Shown here one piece after another: positions 20,550-30,015 of a stretch of 64,000 nt of DNA (position 1 is its first letter; each line of letters begins with the position of its first letter). The notes beneath the pieces were generated by a model. The model ran no database searches. It was not told the origin of the DNA and saw only the letters and a program-made list of their open reading frames with translations. The DNA is from an uncultured Anaerolineales bacterium (GTDB taxonomy: Bacteria; Chloroflexota; Anaerolineae; Anaerolineales; RBG-16-64-43): assembly GCA_964521085.1 (NCBI GenBank), contig CAZFPL010000002.1:85579-149578 (forward strand), in the 5' to 3' direction. The position numbers and the translations under genes are program-made.

Positions 20550-21659
20550 TCACTGCGAACCTGCGTTCACATTGGGTTTTTTAAAAACCAACACCAACCA
20601 TGGAAGAAAGGCCGCATTGGGAATTTTCAGGATTGAAAGAACAGGCGTCAAAATAGTTAAGAAAGCCGCAAGGGCTTTTTTGAGAACATTTCTACCCCGT
20701 GGGTCATCCGGTTTTCGCCAGAGGTTCTCCCACAGGGCGAGATCCTTCCTCCGGTCAGAAAGATTGACGCATTCGGCTTCGGGCAGCGGATTCCGGATTT
20801 CCCAATAGGTGCAGCCGCGGAATCCACGGGCAAGCAGCTTTTCCTCCGTCTGATCCGGCGGGACCCTGGGGGAAAACCGGCGGGCCAATCCCGCCGCAAT
20901 CCGGAGTGGGAGGTAGTTCACCAGAGGCAGCCCGGACGTATGGTCTTCGCGGATCCACAACCGGTTCGGCGTGGCGTCGATTACGAGCAAACCCCCGGGC
21001 CGCAGGACGCGCCAGAGTTCCCGCAGCACGAACCCGCGCTGCTGCGGATGAACATGTTCCATGACGGCATGCGCCCAAACGAGATCGAACCGTTCGTCGC
21101 CCAGCGGCATCTGGTATTTTCCGTCGATGTAATCGATTTTCTGCAGTTGGAACCGCCCCGGGAAAAAATCCTGCAACCGGGAGGCCGCCACCGCGAGCAG
21201 GTCCGCGTCGACTTCGACCCCTGTGACGCGGGTCGCGCCCAGCCGCAGGAGATTCAGCGAGAAGGCGCCTGCGCCGCAGCCGAAATCCAATATCCGTTTT
21301 TGATCGAGGACGATTCCAAACTCACGGATCAGGTCCGCCAATCCCCGCTGCATGTATTTTGGATTTTCGCTGCGCTCGATCTCATCCCGGACGTGCCGGC
21401 CTTGAACCGCGGCGATCCTGCGGATGGTCTCGCACGATAATTGCGTTTCCAACTCGCTTTGCGCACAGCGATACTCGCCGCCCGGAACAACGTGCGCTCC
21501 GCGGAAGATAATCGACCTCGACGATCCGCCGTCCTTGACCCAGACCTCCAGGTCCTCGGCGCTCGAGGGGAGTTGGACGTAATCCTCGCCGGGTTTATCG
21601 GGACGCATTCCGGATATCTCCACTTTTTTGTGCGCAGCGGGGGATGCATCCGCCGTCAT
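20550..21659 (-). CDS. Class I SAM-dependent methyltransferase with N-terminal extension and hydrophobic C-terminal tail
   Basis: Motif I ILDFGCGAG and post-I GVEVD. The C-terminus ALAAFLTILTPVLSILKIPNAAFLPWLVLVF is hydrophobic. ATG 21659 forms an ATGA overlap with the upstream stop; the track start at 21668 is a GTG. Confidence 0.75.
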   Translation of the reverse strand: MTADASPAAHKKVEISGMRPDKPGEDYVQLPSSAEDLEVWVKDGGSSRSIIFRGAHVVPGGEYRCAQSELETQLSCETIRRIAAVQGRHVRDEIERSENPKYMQRGLADLIREFGIVLDQKRILDFGCGAGAFSLNLLRLGATRVTGVEVDADLLAVAASRLQDFFPGRFQLQKIDYIDGKYQMPLGDERFDLVWAHAVMEHVHPQQRGFVLRELWRVLRPGGLLVIDATPNRLWIREDHTSGLPLVNYLPLRIAAGLARRFSPRVPPDQTEEKLLARGFRGCTYWEIRNPLPEAECVNLSDRRKDLALWENLWRKPDDPRGRNVLKKALAAFLTILTPVLSILKIPNAAFLPWLVLVFKKPNVNAGSQ

Positions 21660-22579
21660 GCCGAACACGCGCTTTCGAAAACCGGAAGCGCGGTGGCGCC
21701 GTCGAACGTAAAGACCAGGGTTCCCCCTCCCTCCCAGCGCTTCATATCCACCAGCACTTCCATCCGTCCGTCGCCGTTGAGATCCAACACAGATAGCACA
21801 CTGTAGGATTCCGGGAAGGCAAGCGATTGCGCGTCGGGATAAAACTTACCTGCCAGCCGGATCGTCCGCGGGACGGTCTCCCCATATAGGAGTACCAGGG
21901 AGTAATCTCCGGCGGCGACGTCGTGCCCGTTCGTTTCGATCGTCCTGCTCGCGCGGATGAGCGCCTCCACGGTTCCATCGCCATCCAGGTCGATCAGTAG
22001 AACACTCGTCGGGCGGAGGACTTCCACATCCGGATATCCCTGCGCCGCCAACCAGTCGACGACCACTTTCCGGTAGGTTTCATATGCGTCTGCGGAAGAT
22101 TCCACGGGAGTGCGCGGCAGCGCGTTCCATCCGCCTCCCAACCCAACGAGCGACGTTGCGGACGGCGGAGGGCTCCATTCCAAATTGTATTGGGGGCAAA
22201 TTATGTCCTGAGCCGGTTTCGATCCGACGGCGGTTCCGACCGGTCCGGTGGGTGCATAAAGGGTGTATGTCTCCCCTCCGGATAGGCGCGCCGCGGCAGT
22301 CGCCGCGTCGATCCAGGCGCCATTCTCGGTTCCACCCAACAGGGTGGCCATTTCCGGATTGTACGCGTTCCCGACAACTATCGGAAAGAATCCGGCGGGA
22401 ATGGTCGGGCTGGGCGTTTCGGTTGCGGCCGGTTCGGGAGTTGCGATCGGTATCCCTTCCGTCGCGCCGGAGGGTAGGATTGGACCCTCGCCCAGCGTTG
22501 GCGTGAAGCCGGGAGTGAGATTGCATGCATAGACTGTGAAAAATCCACTCAAAAGAAGTACAAGCTTCCTTTTTTTCAT
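21656..22579 (-). CDS. Secreted protein or possible lipoprotein with FG-GAP/VCBS-like Ca-binding motifs
   Basis: Signal peptide MKKRKLVLLLSGFFTVYAC. DLDGDGTVE and DLNGDGRMEV loops. No family assigned. Confidence 0.6.
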   Translation of the reverse strand: MKKRKLVLLLSGFFTVYACNLTPGFTPTLGEGPILPSGATEGIPIATPEPAATETPSPTIPAGFFPIVVGNAYNPEMATLLGGTENGAWIDAATAAARLSGGETYTLYAPTGPVGTAVGSKPAQDIICPQYNLEWSPPPSATSLVGLGGGWNALPRTPVESSADAYETYRKVVVDWLAAQGYPDVEVLRPTSVLLIDLDGDGTVEALIRASRTIETNGHDVAAGDYSLVLLYGETVPRTIRLAGKFYPDAQSLAFPESYSVLSVLDLNGDGRMEVLVDMKRWEGGGTLVFTFDGATALPVFESACSA

Positions 22580-22634
22580 TTGGGAATCTTCCCTTTCCCA
22601 TTCGCGGTAAAAAACGCCGACGATCGCCCCCCGT

Positions 22635-23075
22635 TCAATCCTTTATTTCCGGCGCAAACCGGATGATCACCCGATCCCGAGCGACTCGCTTCAGTTCTTC
22701 CTCGGGAATTTTTCCCCCGGCGTCCGTGCGCATGCCGAAGTACTTGGCGTAGGCGGGATACCGTTCGAAATAATCTTTCAATCCTGCTTCCACTTCGGAA
22801 GCCGATTCCAAAATTCGCGCCTTCACGGTCATCGTTTTTCCGGCGACCCGCAGCTTGCCCATGCGATTGTCACGCAAATTTCTCCACCAGGTGCGGTTGC
22901 GATAACTCACGACGGTCCAGCCCTCATCCTGGGGGGCGATGTTGATGGGAGTGGAAATCCGCCGCCCGGTTTTCCGTCCGGTCACGATGATCACACCAAA
23001 ACTGTTTCCAAGCAGGGAATGCAGCGGCGAATACAGGATCGCTTTCATGAAGGCGTTGCCGAATGCAGTAGGCAT
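22635..23075 (-). CDS. PNPOx-fold, deazaflavin-dependent nitroreductase-like (DUF385-type) protein
   Basis: VIIVTGRKTGRRISTPINI...WWRNL pattern. I chose the start at ATG 23075 (MPTAFG), which gives the typical ~146 aa. Longer track starts would overlap the upstream small gene. Confidence 0.5.
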   Translation of the reverse strand: MPTAFGNAFMKAILYSPLHSLLGNSFGVIIVTGRKTGRRISTPINIAPQDEGWTVVSYRNRTWWRNLRDNRMGKLRVAGKTMTVKARILESASEVEAGLKDYFERYPAYAKYFGMRTDAGGKIPEEELKRVARDRVIIRFAPEIKD

Positions 23076-23110
23076 GACGGATACTCTTGGAATTAAATTG
23101 GAATTGTGCG

Positions 23111-23308
23111 CTAGCGCTTCAACAGATTGGCCCGGATCCATGGCCAATTGAGGAAGATATGAAATCCGACTCCTGCGCCGATTAGGATTCCCATAATCCG
23201 GTGGACTTCATACGGCACGACGGCGGGCAGCAACCCGGAGACAAGTTGAAAGATCAGCAGTACGGCCAGACACGGATTAAGGACTTTAAGAATTTTGGTT
23301 TTTTGCAT
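23111..23308 (-). CDS. Small two-TM membrane protein, hypothetical
   Basis: 65 aa with two hydrophobic helices. AAGGA lies 7 nt upstream of the ATG, and a TATAAT sits at 23337-23332 on the minus strand. Confidence 0.45.
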   Translation of the reverse strand: MQKTKILKVLNPCLAVLLIFQLVSGLLPAVVPYEVHRIMGILIGAGVGFHIFLNWPWIRANLLKR

Positions 23309-23434
23309 GTTGGTATCCTTTGTGGAGACTCATTATAACCGGGCGAATTGTTTTCTTCACTTTTTCGGCACGCAGAGAATCTTCTCGCGCGTTGCCGCAA
23401 CCGGTCTTCGCTTTCGCGGCGAGATGGAATTCCG

Positions 23435-24859
23435 TCATTGTTTTTCCAGCAATTCCTTCGCCCGGTGTCCGGCGGAACCGTCAGGATCCAACCGGAGGAC
23501 GGTTTCCCATTCGGCCTTCGCCTCAGGGATGCGCCCCTGCTCCCAATAGCACATCCCTAAATGCAGATGAGTACTGGCGGAATTCGGATTTTGCTCCAGC
23601 GCGCGCAGGAACATGCGTTCCGCCTCGGAGAAATCACCAACTTTGAACCAACCCAGACCGAGCATATCCAGGGCTCGGTCGTTATTCGGCGCCAGGATCA
23701 CCGCCTGCCGAGCCGCCGGAATTCCGCTTTCTTCCACACGAAAATCATTCTCGATATAGAATCCCGCCAGCATGATCCATGCTTCCGGTTCGTTTGGATT
23801 GGCTTCCACCGCCTGCAGAACCCATCCCTCGGCATCTCCCAGATTTCCCAGAACAAAATCCACCTGGGCGAGCTCCGCCGCGATGATCCAATCCCCCGGA
23901 CGTGCGATCCATGCCTGGATCAGCCACCAACGGGCGAGCGCGAGTTCCCCCTGGCGCCGCAGCCAGGCCCCATAGACCAGACAGGCGAATGCAGAATTCG
24001 GCGCCAGGGCGACCCCTTTTCGATAAGACTCCTCCGGATCTTCGCCGGTGGCTTCTTGCGCCAAACCAAGCAAGGTGTATGCCTCACCGTAATTCGGATT
24101 TCGTTCAATTGCCCGGCGCAGGGCTTCCTTCGCGAGTGCGGGTTCATCCAGCCGGAGCAATTCTTCCCCGGTTGCGGCAAAGATGTATTCAGGAATACGC
24201 TTGGCAATAGCCGCCCGAATAACCGCCTCCAGGGATCGCGCGTTTTCTGCAATCGGCTTCGGCGCCGATTGCAGATCAACCAGCAAATCCAGCGCACTCC
24301 CCGGATTGCGGGCGGCGCGGATCAGCGCCAGAGCGTATTTCGCTTCCACGTCGTCCGCCTGCCGCGATAGCCAGCGCCCGATAGCCTGCTCCGCCTGATC
24401 CCAGTATTCAGCCTGAAAATATCCCTTCCACAACCGGCTCAACAGATCATCTAGATCGGGATTCAGCACAAGCGCTTTTTCCCATTGCGCAAACGCCATT
24501 TCGCGGTTGCCGGTTCCCCAGTAGGCTTCTCCCAGCTCGGAAAGAAACTCTGGATCCTGTTGATGCGATTCCTCCGCCAGGCGAAGGTAACAAAGCGCCG
24601 CCGGATAATCCGGGCGGGCAAGCAGTTCCCGCCCGGCGGCAAGGGCAAAATTGGAATCGCGCGGGAACCACAGCACGCCCCAGCCGGCCGCCGGTCGGGG
24701 ATCCGCGATACAGAGAGGAAGATAAGGAATGGCGCCGTGGGGGGAGGAAGCCGGGATCAGCCAAAGCAACGCGCTGAGACCGATCAGCAGGTATTTTTTC
24801 GCGAAATTTTTTCGAACCCACTCTTTAATTATCGCGAACTTGTTCTTGAAATTTTTCAT
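23435..24859 (-). CDS. Membrane-anchored TPR-repeat protein
   Basis: 474 aa. N-terminal TM (YLLIGLSALLWLIPA) followed by multiple TPR-like repeats. Confidence 0.7.
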   Translation of the reverse strand: MKNFKNKFAIIKEWVRKNFAKKYLLIGLSALLWLIPASSPHGAIPYLPLCIADPRPAAGWGVLWFPRDSNFALAAGRELLARPDYPAALCYLRLAEESHQQDPEFLSELGEAYWGTGNREMAFAQWEKALVLNPDLDDLLSRLWKGYFQAEYWDQAEQAIGRWLSRQADDVEAKYALALIRAARNPGSALDLLVDLQSAPKPIAENARSLEAVIRAAIAKRIPEYIFAATGEELLRLDEPALAKEALRRAIERNPNYGEAYTLLGLAQEATGEDPEESYRKGVALAPNSAFACLVYGAWLRRQGELALARWWLIQAWIARPGDWIIAAELAQVDFVLGNLGDAEGWVLQAVEANPNEPEAWIMLAGFYIENDFRVEESGIPAARQAVILAPNNDRALDMLGLGWFKVGDFSEAERMFLRALEQNPNSASTHLHLGMCYWEQGRIPEAKAEWETVLRLDPDGSAGHRAKELLEKQ

Positions 24860-24912
24860 CGGAAAAATGCCGTGGGATGATCCAAGGAAAGGCGGATCAC
24901 ATCGCGCCTGGA

Positions 24913-26796
24913 TCAGACGCTGGTTAAATCCGGAGGAGGAGCTTGCCCGATCGTCCCTTCGACCATTTCGTTCAATCCCTTGATCAGTTTCTGCACTTCC
25001 CCTTGTTCCGCCAAGCGTGCCAGGTCATCCACCCTGCGTTTCAGTTCCGAAGGTTCGAGCTTGTGATTCTCTCCGAGAAGCCGGAGGATATCGGGGTGGC
25101 TGGTCGGTCGCAGCATGGTTTCATCTTCCCATAGCTGCTCGCTGAGCTTTTCTCCGGGCCGCATCCCGGTGAATACGATCGGGATGTCTTTGCCGGGCTC
25201 CAGACCGGATAACAGGATCAGGTCTTCGGCGAGGGAGACGATCCGCACCGGCCGGCCCATGCGCAGCAGTAGGGTTCCCCCGCCCTCTCCCAGGATGGCC
25301 GCCTGCAGCACCAAATGAACCGCTTCCGGGATGGTCATGAAATAGCGTTCCATATCCGGATGCGTCACTGTCACCGGCCCGCCGCGCGCAATCTGGCGCT
25401 TGAACACCGGGATGACCGATCCGCGGCTTCCAAGCACGTTTCCGAATCGGACGGATACGTAAGGTTTTCCGCTCCGCAGGGCGGCTTCCTGGACGATCAT
25501 TTCCGCCAGACGCTTGGTGGCGCCCATCACGCTGGTCGGCCGGATCGCTTTATCGCTGGAGATAAGCACCAACCGTTCTGTATTTCCCTCGAGTCCCACT
25601 TCGACGATGTTGCGCGTCCCAACAACGTTGTTGGTGAACGCTTCCTCAACGTTGATCTCCATCAGCGGCACGTGTTTGTGCGCCGCCGCGTGGAACACCA
25701 CTTGGGGCGAATGGGTATGGAAGATGGATTGCAGGCGGGTCCGGTCGCGGATATCGGCGATGACCGGATGCAGAGCCAACTCGGGATAATCTTCCCCAAG
25801 CGCAAGCATCGCTTCGAAAATACTGTTTTCCCCGTGCCCGAGCAGGAGGATCTCACTCGGCCCCCAGCGCGCAATTTGCCGGCAGAGTTCGAATCCGATC
25901 GACCCGCCGGCGCCGGTGACCATCACCCGTTTGCCGCTCAGGGCATACCCCACCGCCTTGTCGGCCGTGTGCGCGGGCGCCCGGCGCAGCAGATCGCTTA
26001 CCTCGACGTTGCGCAGCCGTCCGGCGCTCACCCTTCCGCCGATCAACTCGTAGAGGCCGGGCATCGTGAGGTATGGCAGCTTCCCCTTGCGACAAAGGTC
26101 CGAAAGTTTGCGGAACACGTCGCCCGACGCGGAGGGGATCGCGATCACCACCTCGTCGGCTTCCTGCTCGGCCGCGATCCGTCGTACCTGATCCAGCCGC
26201 CCCAGCACCTGCACCCCGTGGATGCGCTGGTTTAATTTTTCCGGCGCGTCGTCGAGGAAGCCGACCGGGATCATGCGCAGTTGCGGGTTCCGCTCCATCT
26301 CGCGGGCCACGAGCGCCCCGGCGTCGCCCGCCCCGGCGATCAGCACCCGCTTGGTCGCCCCGCTGCCCGGCATCCGGCGGCGGAACTGCATCAATTCGGA
26401 AAGCAGGCGGATGGAATACCGCAGACCGCCGGTCAAAACCAAGCTGACCAATCCGTCAATGAACGGGATCGAGCGCGGGATACGCGGCAGACCGATTATG
26501 ACTGTGAAAAAATAATACCCGATCATCAACACGACGTTAACCGCGACCGCGCCGATGATCAACATCGCTTCCTTCGTGCTCGCATACGCCCAAAAACGCC
26601 GGTATAAACCGAAGCGCCAATAGACGATCGGTTTGATCACCAGCGCGGCGGCGATCATCCAGACCGCCGCCGGGAGGTAAGTGCGGAAGATCGTGTAATC
26701 GCGTAGGGCGAAGGAGATCAGTATCGAAACGGCGATGATCACCAGATCGGCGAGGAAGAGGTAGCGGTTGCGCAGCAACACGATGGATTTCTTCAT
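24913..26796 (-). CDS. Membrane-bound nucleotide-sugar 4,6-dehydratase, CapD/PglF/WbpM family (Polysacc_synt_2)
   Basis: Four N-terminal TMs, then two Rossmann regions (LIAGAGDAGALVA; VMVTGAGGSIGFELCRQI), then GATKRLAE. ATG 26796 forms an ATGA overlap with the upstream stop. Confidence 0.85.
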   Translation of the reverse strand: MKKSIVLLRNRYLFLADLVIIAVSILISFALRDYTIFRTYLPAAVWMIAAALVIKPIVYWRFGLYRRFWAYASTKEAMLIIGAVAVNVVLMIGYYFFTVIIGLPRIPRSIPFIDGLVSLVLTGGLRYSIRLLSELMQFRRRMPGSGATKRVLIAGAGDAGALVAREMERNPQLRMIPVGFLDDAPEKLNQRIHGVQVLGRLDQVRRIAAEQEADEVVIAIPSASGDVFRKLSDLCRKGKLPYLTMPGLYELIGGRVSAGRLRNVEVSDLLRRAPAHTADKAVGYALSGKRVMVTGAGGSIGFELCRQIARWGPSEILLLGHGENSIFEAMLALGEDYPELALHPVIADIRDRTRLQSIFHTHSPQVVFHAAAHKHVPLMEINVEEAFTNNVVGTRNIVEVGLEGNTERLVLISSDKAIRPTSVMGATKRLAEMIVQEAALRSGKPYVSVRFGNVLGSRGSVIPVFKRQIARGGPVTVTHPDMERYFMTIPEAVHLVLQAAILGEGGGTLLLRMGRPVRIVSLAEDLILLSGLEPGKDIPIVFTGMRPGEKLSEQLWEDETMLRPTSHPDILRLLGENHKLEPSELKRRVDDLARLAEQGEVQKLIKGLNEMVEGTIGQAPPPDLTSV

Positions 26797-27740
26797 GCGC
26801 CCCCGTGCCCGGCTTCGCCCTGCTGCCATTGCAGAGTGACAGCCAATCCCGCCCGGAAATCCGTCCGCGGCCGGAAATTAATCAACGTACGCGCGCGCGA
26901 GGGATCGCAACGCGAATGGTAGATATCTCCCGGCCGCGCCGCAGCATACTTAACCGGAAGGGAGGTTCCGCAGAGGGAAGCCAACTCGGACTGCAAGTTC
27001 AGGAGGCTGCGTCCGCGTCCGGTGCCGATATTCAACACCTTGCCCGCCGCGCGTTCCGATGCGCATGCCCGGAGATTGGCCTCGACGACATCCCCTACGT
27101 ATATGAAATCCCGGGTTTGACGACCGTCGCCGAAAATGGTGACCGGCTCGCCGGAAACCGCCCGGGAGGTAAAAACGGCGATCACGCCCGAATACGGCGA
27201 GTTGGGATCCTGGCGCGGGCCGAACACATTGAAATACCGCAAACAGGTGACCGGTAATCCGTAGGAGTGATAAAAGGAGACGGCGAGTGATTCGCCCGCC
27301 AGTTTGCTGACGGCGTAAGGCGAAAGCGGAAGAGGCGCCTGATCTTCCTTGGAAGGAACCGGGCCTGATCCATAGACCGCACACGAGGAGGCCATGACCA
27401 CCCGCCTGATGCGGGCCTTCTTCGCCGCCTGAAGTACGTTCAGCGTTCCGTTCACATTGACGTCGAGCGTCTCCTCCGGATGTTCCACGGATTCGGCCAC
27501 CGAGACCAGCGCCGCGTGGTGGAATATGAAATCCATGCCGCGCACGGCCGCCAGTACCGCCTGCCGGTCGCGGATATCGCCTTTCAGAATTTCCGCTTGG
27601 CCGCGGATCCCCGCCAGATTCCCCTTTCGGCCGGAGCGGAAATTATCTAGAATCCTGACCGTGTGCCCTTGTTGGACCAGCGTTTCTGCGAGATGCGATC
27701 CGATGAAACCGGCGCCGCCGGTGATGAGATATTTTGCCAA
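26793..27740 (-). CDS. NAD-dependent epimerase/dehydratase (WbpP/GalE-like SDR)
   Basis: ITGGAGFIGSHL, LDNFRSGRKGNL, and YAVSKLAGE (YxxxK). TTG start, with GGAGG 9 nt upstream. Confidence 0.85.
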   Translation of the reverse strand: MAKYLITGGAGFIGSHLAETLVQQGHTVRILDNFRSGRKGNLAGIRGQAEILKGDIRDRQAVLAAVRGMDFIFHHAALVSVAESVEHPEETLDVNVNGTLNVLQAAKKARIRRVVMASSCAVYGSGPVPSKEDQAPLPLSPYAVSKLAGESLAVSFYHSYGLPVTCLRYFNVFGPRQDPNSPYSGVIAVFTSRAVSGEPVTIFGDGRQTRDFIYVGDVVEANLRACASERAAGKVLNIGTGRGRSLLNLQSELASLCGTSLPVKYAAARPGDIYHSRCDPSRARTLINFRPRTDFRAGLAVTLQWQQGEAGHGGA

Positions 27741-27792
27741 CGCGATCCGCCTCCGCGCGGAAGGATGCCATTTTACCGAATCGGGCCGCCAC

Positions 27793-28821
27793 TTAGGAGT
27801 CGGCTTCCCCCCGAAGCAATCGTCCGAGGTTTTTCACGGCTCCGATCCAAAATCCCACTCCCCAGGCGATATGAATGCAGAAGAACACGATTATAAGCGC
27901 CTGCAAAAGCGCCGGATCTTTTCTTCGAGCCGCTTCGCCCACAGCGAAGGTCAGGGCGGCCGCCCCGTATACCAGCAACTCCGCACCCAGCATTATAGCC
28001 AACGGACGGGAGAAGAAGGCTGCGACGACTCCCACCGCCAGAGACGGGGCAAATAAAGCCGGGATTAATTGCCGGAGTCGGATCGATTTCGGATGAAACG
28101 AGAGCATCACCGCTTTTTGATGCCCGTAGAAATAATACTGGCGGATGAGCGCGCCCAAACTGCCGCGGGCGATATAACGCGACCGGATCGCCGGGGAGAA
28201 GCAGATCCTTCCTCCGGCCGCCCTTACCCGGTAATTGAATTCGTAATCCTCATTGACCGGAACCTGTTCGTTGAACGTTCCCACGCGCTGGAATACTTCG
28301 CGGCGGAACGCCGCAAAGGGGACGGTATCCACTTCGCCTGCTTCCCCGCCCACCCGGTAGCGAACCCCCCCGGTGGCGAACGGATTGGCCACGGCGGCGG
28401 CGATGGCGCGCGCGACGACCCCCGAACCGCCCGGTTGGATGACGATCCCGCCGCCCGCCCCCTCGCATCCCGTGCGGTTCAAGACTTCGACACAGCGTTC
28501 CACATAATCCGGATCGGGTATGGCGTGCGCGTCCATGCGTAGAATGATCTCGCCTTTCGCTTCCCGCAGACCGGCGTTCAAACCCGCCGGGGCGGAACGT
28601 CCGGGATTGTCGATCCAGCGCAGCCGCCATCCGGAATGGGATTGCGCGTACGATTCGATCTTTCCGCGCGTCCCGTCCGTCGAGCGGCCGTCGGCGACGA
28701 TCATCTCCATCCGATCCGCCGGATAGGTCTGGGCGCGCAACGCATCGAGGACCTGTTCAATCGTTTGTTCCTCGTTGTAGCACGGAATCAAGATGGATAC
28801 CGGAGGCCGGGATTCGGTCAT
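27793..28821 (-). CDS. GT2 family glycosyltransferase with C-terminal TM helices (ExoA-like)
   Basis: VSILIPCYNEE, MDAH (DxD-equivalent) and NEDYEFNYR motifs, plus a hydrophobic C-terminal third. Confidence 0.8.
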   Translation of the reverse strand: MTESRPPVSILIPCYNEEQTIEQVLDALRAQTYPADRMEMIVADGRSTDGTRGKIESYAQSHSGWRLRWIDNPGRSAPAGLNAGLREAKGEIILRMDAHAIPDPDYVERCVEVLNRTGCEGAGGGIVIQPGGSGVVARAIAAAVANPFATGGVRYRVGGEAGEVDTVPFAAFRREVFQRVGTFNEQVPVNEDYEFNYRVRAAGGRICFSPAIRSRYIARGSLGALIRQYYFYGHQKAVMLSFHPKSIRLRQLIPALFAPSLAVGVVAAFFSRPLAIMLGAELLVYGAAALTFAVGEAARRKDPALLQALIIVFFCIHIAWGVGFWIGAVKNLGRLLRGEADS

Positions 28822-30014
28822 AGGCTGCGGGAACCCACCAGAGCCTGATATTCCCCCTCGAGGTCGGCGGCGATACGGCCCCAGCCATACCCCTCCGCCC
28901 AGGCGCGGGCGGCTTTTCCGATCCGTTTGCGCTCCGCATCTTGACGGAGCAGGCGGATGACTTCCACGCTGAAGGATCGGTCGGCATTTGCCAGGACGAT
29001 TTCCTCCCCGTTCCGGGCGGAGATTCCCTCGGCGCCCATGGGAGTGCTAACCACAACTTTACCGGTGGCCATCGCTTCCAGGATTTTCAGCCGCATTCCT
29101 CCCCCGCTTCTAAGGGGAACGACCACCACCGCGGCACGCTGCAGATACGTCCGGATGTCGTCCACGTATCCGGTTACCTGGATGTTGCGGTCTTCCTCCG
29201 GCCAGTGGAGAATATCCGCCGGCGGTGATTTCCCCACTACGATCCAACGCGCGGTCGGCTCCTCTTGCACTATCCGCGACCATACTTTGGCTCGAAACCA
29301 GCGGATTGCGTCGGCGTTCGGCGGCCAATCCAGCGCACCCACGAAAACCACGGTGCCGGGTTCCTCGCTCATCAATTGGGGATGAAACCGCTCGAGGTCC
29401 ACGCCGGCCGGCGAAACGGCGATCGAGGCATCCGGGGCAAGCTGCAGCACCCGTTCCGCGTCCTCCTGGGTGATGGCCAGGCAAAGATCCGCCTGCTTGC
29501 AGGCCCGGATTTCAAACGCACGCATCCGCCGCGCCTGTTCCTGCACATACAGGTTCAACGGGAAAACGGCCGTCTTCGCATAACGCTCCGCCAGCATCGA
29601 TTCCACATTGTGCAGCCGCAGAACGACGCGTCCTCCAAGCCCCTGGACCAGACCAAGATAATGCGCCATGTGGGTGCCTTCGAGCTGCACGAGGTCGAAT
29701 CGCTCCTCGTTGAATGCTTCCCGGATGGCGGACGCCATGGCGCCGGAGCGATATTTCGACACGGTGTACGGCATGGGCGAAAGGAGTGCCAGAAGCGCCT
29801 TTAAATAATTCGTCGAGGTATCGTGCGCGATGGCTTTGGCCCAGATTAATCCCGCCCGGGCGCGCAATTCGTCGGCTGCTTCCGGATTGCCGAATCCCAA
29901 TAAGGCCGCCCGATGTCCGCGGGCCGTCAAATGCCGGATCAGCTCGTAGATGGCGATCCGGGCGCCATCGGTGGCCGGCCACGGAACTTTCGGAGCAACA
30001 AACAGAATTTTCAT
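28818..30014 (-). CDS. GT4 family glycosyltransferase
   Basis: The MKILFVAPK N-terminus and a C-terminal E-x7-E region (MRLKILEAMATGKVVVSTPMGAEG). Confidence 0.85.
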   Translation of the reverse strand: MKILFVAPKVPWPATDGARIAIYELIRHLTARGHRAALLGFGNPEAADELRARAGLIWAKAIAHDTSTNYLKALLALLSPMPYTVSKYRSGAMASAIREAFNEERFDLVQLEGTHMAHYLGLVQGLGGRVVLRLHNVESMLAERYAKTAVFPLNLYVQEQARRMRAFEIRACKQADLCLAITQEDAERVLQLAPDASIAVSPAGVDLERFHPQLMSEEPGTVVFVGALDWPPNADAIRWFRAKVWSRIVQEEPTARWIVVGKSPPADILHWPEEDRNIQVTGYVDDIRTYLQRAAVVVVPLRSGGGMRLKILEAMATGKVVVSTPMGAEGISARNGEEIVLANADRSFSVEVIRLLRQDAERKRIGKAARAWAEGYGWGRIAADLEGEYQALVGSRSL

Positions 30015-30015
30015 G

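Noticed and set aside
22580-22634. T6 run after the DDN-like gene as an intrinsic terminator
   Set aside because: The preceding GC-rich segment forms only a ~3-bp stem in my manual folding, which is too weak to call.
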